A DNA stretch of 35,087 nucleotides from Octopus sinensis (taxonomy: Eukaryota): contig NW_021829925.1 of assembly GCF_006345805.1 (NCBI RefSeq), forward strand, positions 1 through 35,087. The letters run 5' to 3'. Shown here in pieces: positions 1 through 10,551 of this stretch (positions are counted from its first letter, which is position 1; each line of letters starts with the position of its first letter). Below the pieces are notes generated by a model. That model saw nothing but the letters and a program-made list of their open reading frames with translations, searched no databases and had not been told where the DNA came from. The position numbers and the translations under genes were made by a program.

Positions 1-160
1 CGTCTTTATTTTCCGAGTTCAAATCCCTCCGAGGTTGACTTTGCCTTGCATCCATTCTGGGTCGATAAATTAAGTACCCATGAAACTCTGGGCTCAACGT
101 AATAGATTAGTCCACCCCCACCCCAAATTTCAGTCCTTAATCCCTGAATAGAAAGGATTA
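1..160 (+). mobile_element. SINE family B fragment, 5'-truncated by window edge
   Basis: gagttcaaatccctccgaggttgactttgccttgcatccattctgggtcgataaattaagtacc matches the family body seen complete at 28748-28975 and 33905-34075. Confidence 0.75.
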
Positions 161-175
161 TCATATTCTAAATTG

Positions 176-365
176 CGGTGGACGAAATGCTTAACAGCAT
201 TTCGTCCGTCTTGACGTTCTGAGTTCAAGTTCCACCGAGGTCGACTTCACCTTTCATACTATTGGGGGTCGATACAATAAGTACCAGTTGTGCACTGGAG
301 GTTGCTCTAGTCGACTTACATCTTGCCTCGAAGTTGCCGGCTTTGTGTCACAATTTGAAACCGTT
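176..365 (+). mobile_element. SINE family B, diverged copy
   Basis: gacgaaatgcttaacagcatttcgtccgtc...gagttcaagttccaccgaggtcgacttcacctttcat...gtcgatacaataagtaccagtt; B-box-like gagttcaa. Confidence 0.75.
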
Positions 366-1379
366 TCCATATTCTATATTGTTCTTTGTTGCTTTTGTTG
401 TTGCCGTTGTTTGTTTGTTTGTTTGTCTTTTGTTGTTGTTGTTTTTTCCAATACAGTATGGACATAATTAGGCAGAAGGAAATACTTAACAAAGTATGTA
501 GGCAAGAACACAGACACACCACCACCACCACCACCACTACCACCATCACCATAACACGACTAATACCACCGACCATCACTATCAGCTGCACCCACTACAT
601 CCACTGCTACCACCATCACAAACCACAACCAACACAATTAACGCCCCCGCCATCACCTCCACCAACTCTCTCACCATCACTAACCACCACCGTCTTTACG
701 TAACAGTATATATTTTACAACGATGTATTGTTTGAATATTGAAATATCTGACTGCGATGTTGTTGTTGTTGTTCTTGTACTTGCTGTCTCTTCTTATTTA
801 CATTTTTATTGCCATTGTTGTAATTGTTGCCGTTACGTTTATAAATTTTCCGATTCTTTATCTTTTGAAACAGAAATAAAAGGTATCTGTGAATATTTCC
901 TCCTACAATGGCTGCCAATTAGAAAAAAAATCGTTGAAGTGTCAGAATATTAACATATTACACTATTCGCTAACACCCATTTAACTTCCGGTTTATATAC
1001 AATGAAATATCCGTATGTGACTTTGTGCAAGAATGAGATACCAATATTTACATATACATTAGCAATGGGTTCGCAAATTGGAAGAGCATCGTACAAAATG
1101 GTGGCGAATTGATAGACGTGGGGAGGAGTAGTCGGGAGACAGGCAGAAACGTGATCGATTGGGAGAGTCGTTAACACATCAGATAACATTAAAGAACGCG
1201 TATATTATCAGATATAATAAGTTCATATACACAAAGACACGCAACAGTACTCACAGTGGGATCTATTTTAGAAATTTTATGTACTAAAAATGAAAATATG
1301 CTCAAAATGATGGAAGCGGACTGTTGGGCACCCGTGTTTCGGTGTAATTCTGCCTCGTCGGGGATAGATATCATATATC

Positions 1380-1460
1380 TTTTATCTTTTACTTGTTTCA
1401 GTCATTAGACATCGGCCATGCTGGAGTACCACTTTAAAGAATTTGTAGCAAAACGAATAG

Positions 1461-1510
<50 letters not shown>

Positions 1511-1755
1511 CCTTCTTCCCTTCTTTCCTGAGCGTCCAATAATACTTTATTTGTTCCATGTCCTCGCGTTGTTGTGTTTTTTTTGTTTTTTTGTGTTTTG
1601 TTGTTTGGATTAACTTTATATATATATAAATATTGTTTAAGCCTGATACGTATTCTACCGGTCCCTTTACCAACGCGTTATGTTACGAGGTTGTAAACAC
1701 ACCAACACCGGCTGTCAAGCAGTAATGGGGGACGAACACAGACACAAAACCTCAC
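1380..1755 (-). mobile_element. SINE family A fragments (3' tail and middle), split by (TA)n and other sequence
   Basis: ttttacttgtttcagtcatt..cggccatgctggag at 1386-1430 and gtaaacacaccaacaccggctgtcaagcag at 1690-1725 match the intact copy at 7899-8307. Confidence 0.6.
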
Positions 1756-2179
1756 ACACATAGGTATATATAACATATACGAATAATTATATAAATTATA
1801 TATATATATATATGTAACATGCGGTACAATTAGAAACGGCAAATTTTAGCCGTTTCTCCGCAGACTGAAAAAAATGATGAACGACCTTAATCGATTTTCG
1901 AACCTTATTGCGTTCTCATCAGAGGCGTCTGCACTATTCTGACAGTCTCCAGAGAAACAAGCAACTAAACTGTTTATATACTCAGAAAATGCAGCAGTTA
2001 CTCTATGAAGGAGTCTCTTAATTTCCATGCCGAAAGTGTTTAACACTCTAAAACTACCAGCAACCTGTCAACGGAGATCTTAGTCCACATATTATATAGG
2101 TGTGATATAACGAATATGTAACATATGGTACAATTGTAAGCTAGTCAAATTTTATCCATTTCTCTGAAAAAATTATGAA
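1755..2179 (-). mobile_element. Retrozyme/Penelope-pLTR-like unit (~298-nt monomer plus partial direct repeat) carrying a hammerhead
   Basis: Direct repeats 1761-1881 and 2097-2179 (tagg..cgaata..gtaacat..ggtacaatt..aaatttta.cc.tttctc..ctgaaaaaa.t.atgaa); hammerhead motif abuts the repeat boundary. Confidence 0.6.
1880..1930 (-). ncRNA. Type I minimal hammerhead ribozyme with intact core
   Basis: Minus strand reads AGACGCCU-CUGAUGA-GAAC(GCAAUAAG)GUUC-GAAA-A(UCGA)U-UA/AGGUCGUU: canonical core, G-C closing pair of stem II, palindromic stem III AAUCGAUU, UUA triplet, stem I of 3 bp + 1-nt bulge + 4 bp. Confidence 0.8.
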
Positions 2180-2193
2180 TATTTATATATTTA

Positions 2194-2765
2194 TGAGACT
2201 CGTCTTTCCGCAGCTCGTCTCCTTGAAGCAGTTGCAGTCTTGGATAAAGCTGAGACCGAGACTGGGTGCCTGGTGCCTAGAATAGCATCAGGTGCGCACA
2301 ACCCTCTACCAGTCGGGCAATGAGATTGGTGGATGTTCCGCTTTAGAAATCTATGGAGGATTAGTGGCGGGGAAGTGCGACAACTTTCTCGGGGAGACAC
2401 ACGGCACCTACGAGAATGAATGGGCTAGTCTGTTCCGGAGTTCTTTCCGGTCGAGAACTATCATGAATTTTCCAGATGTCCTTGGCCTGGCAGTGCTACA
2501 GAGGGGCGCTACCGGTTTAATAATACTCTACAGGCACGGATGGGTTGTCTGACGGGCTTGTCCGAGGTGCACGCAGATTGACGAAACCGTTCTGCACGCC
2601 CTCGTTCAGTGTCCGAGTATTGCTGACATGTGGGGTCATGTCTAGTAGCTGCTGTCACGTGTGAGATGGGTCCGTTTGTCGGCCGAGTCTGTAGTGACGA
2701 TCGCACCGTCGCCCTCCTTCAATTGGGCAGGCAAGCTGGTTTTTCTTTGCTGGACAAGGCTGAGT
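2194..2765 (+). pseudogene. Non-LTR retrotransposon (L1/Tx1 clade) ORF2 C-terminal remnant with zf-RVT-like CCHC knuckle
   Basis: Manual translation across frameshifts gives SLAWQCYRGALPV..LYRHGWVV*RACPRCTQIDETVLHALVQCPSIADMWGHV** (CxxC-x8-H-x4-C at 2559-2612); stops and frameshifts present. Confidence 0.8.
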
Positions 2766-2779
2766 GCGTATATGAGTGT

Positions 2780-2900
2780 GCGTGTCTTTGAGTTTGTGTT
2801 TGCTCCCACCACCAAAATTACCACTAGCTTTTGACAACCAGTGTTGGTGTGTTTACGTCCCGTAAATTAGCAGTCTTGAAAAAGAAACCGATATATTAAG
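2780..2900 (+). mobile_element. SINE family A middle fragment
   Basis: ttgacaaccagtgttggtgtgtttacgtcccgtaaattagc..aaagaaaccgatatattaagtgctag. Confidence 0.65.
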
Positions 2901-3753
2901 TGCTAGATATCAAAAAGGAAAAGAATCGACAGCATGGTCGCAATCTAATAACTGAAACATTATAAAAGACAAACGTTATGTATATACCTAATTCAAGAGA
3001 GAAACTTATAGAAGTGAGCAAGGGAAAGAGAGAATGTGTGTGCCATAATGTCATACATAGCTTGCGTCTCTGCTACAGACAAATATCCACAACTATTAAG
3101 TATATAAGAATATATATATTAAATTTTCTTTCTTGTATCACAAAAGAACCTATTTTTGAGGGAAAAAATAGTTCAGAAAAACCCTCAAGGAGGGGAAAAA
3201 ATCGTTTTAATATACCAGAAAATATAGTTCAAAAAGAAAAAAATTAAGTTACATTAAATTATCGTCAAGTGTGAACACGATCTTCTAGTATGTTGTTTTC
3301 TAGTTATTTAACTTAGTATTAATAATATTATAAGTTTGATTTGTTGAAGAACTTTCTGGAGGTTTGCTGTTAAAATCTGCATGGAATCGTGATAGAAATT
3401 TTATCTAAAAAACAAAAGATTTCTTGAAATTATTCATTAAATATACAAACTAAAGAAACTCATGAAGTGTATTGAATTCTTCCAAAGAATTTTTTTGCGA
3501 TTAATATGCAGAGATTACGTATCTTTGTTACAACCTTTTCTCATTGTTTTATTATTAATTTTATTATAATTATTGATAATTTTAACGATAGACATATACG
3601 TACACATACTCATTTACATAAATATATATAGATGCATCTATATTTACATACATGTGTGTATGCGTGTGTGTGTGTGTGGTGTATGTGTGTGTCTGTGTGG
3701 CTGTGTGTGTGTATCTGTCTGTGCGTATGTGTGTGTTGTGAGTGCATATTTAC

Positions 3754-3797
<44 letters not shown>

Positions 3798-4528
3798 TCA
3801 CACATACACACGTACATACACACAAAAAGCAACGAAAACATACACACACACACATACTCATACACACAGGTAGACATAAAACCTATTCAATAAATGCTTT
3901 TAAGCCACTCCCTTAGCAGGCCCCACAGGGGAATTTTTTTGTAGATAAATACACCCACTCTCTTTCTAACACCCTGAACTCTATAGCAAACTATATTTAA
4001 AGAAGACTTCAACGGGAAAAAACTGCAGACATGTTTGCTACTACGTTTCGTGGTTCGCTACTTTGAGGTTCCGAACCGCGAAATGTGGTTGGAATTGCTA
4101 AAGAAGACTTAAACGAAAAAACACAGACATATTTTTGCCCCCCAAACAGAAGACAAATTGTTTTTACTTCAAATTTTTTATAAATATTTACAAATATAGG
4201 ATGAGATTCATCATCGAAACCAGTGGTGTTTGTAGTGATTTTGATTGTTTTGCTACACACGAGCATAGACTTGTTCAAAACAAAGCTGGGTGAGAAATGT
4301 ATGGAAATTTTCTCTCTGTTTATTAATATATTGCTTTACAGGATAACTTCAATCCCGGCCAGGTTCACTTTGCCTTCTGGGTTTGGGGCTCACTGTACAG
4401 AATAAGAAAGGATTTTCTGAAGCTGATTAACCCTATAAGAACTATTATACATGTGAACACGACCTATACAACGTGCACAGTCACATATATGTGCTGAGTG
4501 TATAGCGCTGAGCTGTAATATATATATC

Positions 4529-4587
<59 letters not shown>

Positions 4588-4595
4588 GTGTGTAT

Positions 4596-4733
4596 AGGAG
4601 TGGCTGTGTGGTAACTTCCTTACCAACCACATGGTCCCGGGTTCAGTCCCACTGCGTGGCACTCTGGCTTGTGAGTGAAAGAGGCCCATCGTAATATTAT
4701 ATACATATATATATATACATATATATATATATG

Positions 4734-4796
<63 letters not shown>

Positions 4797-4801
4797 TATA
4801 C

Positions 4802-4832
<31 letters not shown>

Positions 4833-5004
4833 GGGGGTGTATGTTTGTATGTGTGTGTTATGTTTGTTTGTGTGTTTGCCCCCCAACATCGCTTGACAAC
4901 CGATGCTGGTGTGTTTACGTCCCCGTAACATAGAAGGTCGGCAAAACAGACCGACAGAATAAGTACTAGGCTTACAAAGAATAAGTCCTGGGGTCGATTT
5001 GCTC
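4596..5004 (+). mobile_element. SINE family A with head deletion and expanded internal (TA)n
   Basis: tRNA-like head ggagtggctgtgtggtaa..ggttcagtcccactgcgtggca; second half ccccaacatcgcttgacaaccgatgctgg..ggggtcgatttgctc; ~170 bp TA-rich repeat between them. Confidence 0.85.
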
Positions 5005-5555
5005 ATCATTGTTATTATTATTATTATTATCATTCTTATTATTATTATTATAATGATAATTATTATTATTATTATTATTATTGAGTGAGAGAGCAGTTCA
5101 TGCCATCAAAGTGACACTGGGGTAAAATATACGAAGCCCAATATACCTCATGACTACCCGTCGATAAAGGTACACCAGGCACATGCATCACAACCATATG
5201 TGCGCGACATGGTGATCTCATATCAAGATAAACAGCACTGACCTTGCAGGTGGGGCCCAGTTAGAATTTTCTTCAGGTTGAGTAGCCATCCCGCTCAACG
5301 GTCCCTGAATAAGGGTTTGTTTAAGGATGTTTGAAAAACCACCCATGTTTCCAGAGGTGAATTATTCAAACCCCAAAGAATCCCTCTCAACACATGGCTA
5401 TGACGCTCCCCCACTACTTCTGCTCGTAATCAGAGATGCACATATCGTCAGCCACTAAGGGACATGCTCAACTGGTTAAGGTCAAACAACTGACAAGCAA
5501 ATCTGTGGTATTGAGCAGAATATTTGCTGTAACCCTATTATCATTATTATTATTA

Positions 5556-5619
<64 letters not shown>

Positions 5620-5885
5620 CATTATTATTATTGTTATTATTATTATTATCATTATTGTTATTATTATCATTATTATCATTATTATTATCATTATTATTAT
5701 TATTTATTATTGTATTATTATTATTATTATTATCATCATCATCATTATTATTATCATTATTGTTATTATTATTATCATTATTATTATTATTATTATTATT
5801 ATCATTATTATATTATTATTATTAGCATTATTATTATTAATTATCATTAGTATTATTATTATCATTATTATTATCATTATTATTA

Positions 5886-5922
<37 letters not shown>

Positions 5923-6310
5923 ATTATTATTATTATTATTATTATTATTATAATTTTATTATCATTATTCCAAGAAGATATTATTATTATTATTATTGTT
6001 ATTATTATTATTATTATCATTATTATTATAATTATTATTATTATGATTATTATTATAATTATTCATTATTATTATTAATTGTTTATTATTATATCATCAT
6101 TATTATTATTATTATTATTATCATTATCATTTTATTATTATTATCATTATTATTATCATTATCATTATTATTATTATTATCATTATTATTATTATTATCA
6201 TCATTATTATTATTATTATCATCATCATCATCATCATCATCATTATTATTTTATTATTATTATCATTATTATTATTATTATTATTATAATTATCATTATT
6301 ATTATTAATA

Positions 6311-6341
<31 letters not shown>

Positions 6342-6345
6342 CATC
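5005..6345. repeat. Very long (ATT)n/(ATC)n array interrupted by a ~450-bp complex island
   Basis: (ATT)n at 5005-5082 and 5536-6345; source of the poly-L/I/Y ORFs. Confidence 0.95.
5083..5535. mobile_element. Non-coding interspersed-repeat island embedded in (ATT)n; probable UTR or non-autonomous derivative of a TAA-targeting retroelement
   Basis: Complex sequence with sharp (ATT)n junctions on both sides and no convincing ORF; family assignment is inference. Confidence 0.4.
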
Positions 6346-6351
6346 ATTACA

Positions 6352-6478
6352 AAAGCAGTGGCCGCTTAGAACCGTTAGCAAGCTGGGCAAAAATGATAAT
6401 GGCATTTCTTCCGTCTTTATATTCTACCGAGATCGACTTTGCCTCTTATTTTTTCGTGATCGATAAAATAAAGACCCA
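6352..6478 (+). mobile_element. SINE family B, decayed and internally deleted
   Basis: gaaccgttagcaagctgggcaaaaatg..ggcatttcttccgtc..ccgagatcgactttgcct..gatcgataaaataa. Confidence 0.6.
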
Positions 6479-6920
6479 ATCACGCAAATAGGCGACATGA
6501 TCGACATGCCCCATCACAAAAAAATTCCTTCTCTTATATAAAAATCTATGAAGATTTCTTATGGACTATTTACGTGTTGTTGCAGTTCTAACCTTTGGAA
6601 AATTCATATTTGTTTTAAGAAATAAAAGACGGACACATGGCAGACGAAGATCTGACAGGAATCGAAACGTGAGTGACAAGATAACTAAACAATCGTTCGT
6701 TGATTGATGGATTTACTTGATTTGCTTGATTGATCAACTGATGCAATTTAAAAACAAGGTAAAGCTTAAACAGAAAATATAATGTTTAAGTGCAAGGCCT
6801 ACACAGATATGTATGTGTGTGTGTGTGCTTATACGTGTGCGTGCAATGTATGTGTATATATGTATATACACAAACACACATATACATATATATATATATA
6901 TATACATATATATATTATAC

Positions 6921-6952
<32 letters not shown>

Positions 6953-7130
6953 ATAACATATATATAATTACACACTTACATATATATACATATATTACAT
7001 ATATATACCCACATACATATATATAAACATAAATTCATGCAAGGAGGTATATATGTACATGCATGTCTGTATAAATTTATACATATACACACACATATAT
7101 ACTTATGTGAATATATACAAATAGGTATGT

Positions 7131-7183
<53 letters not shown>

Positions 7184-7250
7184 CATATATATTTGTTTGT
7201 CTCCCCTGTATATGTGTGTGTTGTGTAGATATGCTCATATAGCGATATAC

Positions 7251-7285
<35 letters not shown>

Positions 7286-7898
7286 GTGGTGTGTGTGTGC
7301 ATGTATGTATGTATGTACGTATGTATGTATGTATGTATGTATGTATGTATGTATGTATATATGTATTTATATATATTTATCTGTCGATCTTTAGTTCCAG
7401 AGGTTGAAATGAAAGACGTTGACGTGTTGCAGCTGTTTTATCTTGCAAATTAGAAGCTTCGCAGCAGAACTCAATTGCCTCAGGTAGAGACTGTTAAGAG
7501 AAAGAGATATCGGAATTCGTGACTGCAGGACGCATGGCCTCTAATTACAGTATCACCAATACTGTTACAGTTGACCGTTAAGTCATGCATACACACAACA
7601 CACACACACTGATACACAATGTGTGTGTGTGTATCTATTCCTGCACGCATATAGAAAAGCATACTTAATATTTATATATATATGTATGTATGTATGTGAG
7701 ACAGAGAGATGTGTGGTGTGTAATGCTAATGATAATTTTTTTTTGCCTTCAAGCTATTCTATCTCTGCAGAGATAGAATAGTCGTTGAAACGATTGTCAG
7801 CATTAACATATAGGCGTGCTGTATGTGTATGCGTGTGTGTGCGTTTACAAATAGACAGACAGACATTCAGACAGACACCTATAAATAAGATCTACTGA

Positions 7899-8307
7899 CT
7901 TACTCTCTTTACTCTTTTACTCTTTTACTTGTTTCAGTCATTTGACTGCGGCCATGCTGGAGCACCGCCTTTAATCGAGCAACTCGACCCCGGGACTTAT
8001 TCTTTGTAAGCCCAGTACTTATTCTATCGGTCTCTTTTGCCGAACCGCTAAGTGACGGGGACGTAAACACACCAGCATCGGCTGTCACGCAATGCTAGGG
8101 GGACAAACACATACACACACACACATACATATATACATATATACGACAGGCTTCTTTCAGTTTCCGTCTACCAAATCCACTCACAAGGCATTGGTCGGCC
8201 CGAGGCTATAGCAGAAGACACTTGCCCAAGATGCCACGCAGTGGGACTGAACCCGGAACCATGTGGTTGGTTAGCAAGCTACTTACCACACAAACACACC
8301 TGCGCCT
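7899..8307 (-). mobile_element. SINE family A, near full-length young copy (tRNA-derived head, CORE-like middle, internal CA/TA microsatellite, (AAAAGAGT)n tail)
   Basis: Minus strand aggcgcaggtgtgtttgtgtggtaagt (A-box-like), ggttccgggttcagtccc (B-box-like), cttgggcaagtgtcttctgctatagcctcggg, tail gactgaaacaagt(aaaagagt)n. Confidence 0.92.
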
Positions 8308-8849
8308 TCATAGATGTTCCTTTATTAAACCACGGGGATTCCTTCCTTAATGATAATACCGTGTTTCTAGCTAATTCTTCCATATGAAGCAGAGTAACCT
8401 CGTCAAAATTCCCTCGACGACTTCCACGACATCCATTTTAAAGACCAACAATTATTTGTACACTTGAGAATTTTTTAAATTAATATTAAAATAATTGGTC
8501 ACTAACAACTGGTAAAATTCCCTCCATGATTCGTCAGTAGACAATAGTTTTTACTGATCACTGTTAATCGAAGCGGCCGATTTACTTTTTATTTTCTTTC
8601 CTTCAGCGAACCAGAAGTTAAAATCATATCATTCTGGTCAAACCGACCGTTGATCTTCCTTTAATACCAATGTTGAACCCACCACCCCCATCTCCGCCAG
8701 CTCCTACACCACCACCGCCACCATTTTATCGTTTCTGATAATTATTCACATTGATTGCTTTAAAACTCCAATCAGAAATGTTTACGTTATTAACGTGACT
8801 GAGTTACACGTTGAAATAGTCAGAACCAAACGAGACGGCAACAGATTCC

Positions 8850-8888
<39 letters not shown>

Positions 8889-9124
8889 TGTGTGAATGTG
8901 TGGTTAAGGGGGTGCGTGTGTGTATGTTAATGCTTGTTCACGTCTCAATGCAAGTGAGTGTATGTGTGTTTCAATGTATGTGTATGTGTGTATGTGCTTC
9001 AGTGTGAGTGTGTGTGTATGTCAGAGTAATTATACAAGAGTGTCTCACTCTCTTTCTCTCTCTCTCTCGCTCTCTCTCTTCTCTAGCTCTCTCTCTCTCT
9101 CTCTCTGTATCTCTCTATTATATA

Positions 9125-9183
<59 letters not shown>

Positions 9184-9212
9184 ACTTTATTTAAAGCAGC
9201 AGAAAATTCAAC

Positions 9213-9260
9213 AAAACCTGTTACTCTGAGTTTCCCGTTGCCGTTCATCGGACAGTTTTT
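9213..9260 (-). ncRNA. Type I minimal hammerhead-like motif (U4C core variant)
   Basis: Minus strand AAAAACUGU-CCGAUGA-ACG(GCAA)CGG-GAAAC-UC(A)GA-GUA/ACAGGUUUU: stem I, GNRA-capped stem II with A-G mismatch at its base, palindromic stem III ACUC-A-GAGU, GUA triplet. Confidence 0.65.
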
Positions 9261-9467
9261 ACTCCGGTAATATATATAATATATATTATATATAATATAT
9301 ATATATATATATATGAATGTATGAGTACTTGCATATATATATATTAATACATGTATGAATGTGTTTGTATGTATCCTTCTATTTTAGCATGTGTTTATGT
9401 ATATATCACTGTGTTGCATTTTCCCCAGAATGTCTGTGTACTGTTATCTGTCTGCGTATGAACTTAA

Positions 9468-9559
<92 letters not shown>

Positions 9560-10274
9560 AATTTATATATATATATATATATATACATTATATTATGTAT
9601 ATACACTATATATATATATAGGTGTTTACATACATATGTGTAGAGGCGATTTTAAGCCAAACGGTTATGAGTGCATTTTTTAAATATTGTGAGAAATTGT
9701 AGTGTATCACGTGATAGCCGATGGCTACACAAGTTGAAATCAGTGAAAAAAAAAACTTGGACGATTGCCTGAACAAGGACAAACAAACTCCGCTGCCGTA
9801 TGACGTATGAAGACTGTCTAATTGTAAGTATTTGAACAAATGGACGGACGATTTTCAGGAATATATTTGTCGCCAATGGTAGAGAGGGACCAGGAGATAT
9901 CCGAAGAATATTCACTACCCATCATTAAAGTTAGCTGAAGCAACAAAACAGACGGTGGGAGCGAATTGATGACATGGAGAACAAATGGCAAACACAAAAT
10001 GGCGTTCCGAAATGGCGCTCAGTGGTGAACACACACACGGAATTATACAACGAAGACATATTTTGAACGTCGACATGAGGAAAACATTAAAAAGAACACC
10101 AATAAAAATGTAGAAAAAGAACAGAAATAAAAACGATTAATCCCTTGATATTTAGATTCGATTAGTTTATCTCATGATTATATCTTAATTTCATATGTTG
10201 TGATATTCAAATTGTTATTGCGTTTTAAACAGGCAGAATGAATATCAGATGGAGAAAATATCGAGTTTATATAC

Positions 10275-10343
10275 TGTTGTTGCAGCATCGTTGCTGCTGC
10301 TGATGCTGCTGCTGCTGCTGATGCTGCTGCTGCCTCTTGTTGT

Positions 10344-10402
<59 letters not shown>

Positions 10403-10515
10403 TCGTCGTTGTGTGTTCCTGTCATCATCGTCGTCATCCATCGCACGCTTTTCGCTGCTGTTCCTGTTGTTGTTTTTGTTGTTGCTGATGTCCCTGTTGT
10501 TGTTGTTACTGTTGC

Positions 10516-10551
<36 letters not shown>
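10275..10551. repeat. (GCT)n/(GTT)n compound microsatellite containing a duplicated 45-bp element tail
   Basis: Repeat visible directly; 10411-10455 vs 10552-10596 are 36/45 identical. Confidence 0.9.
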
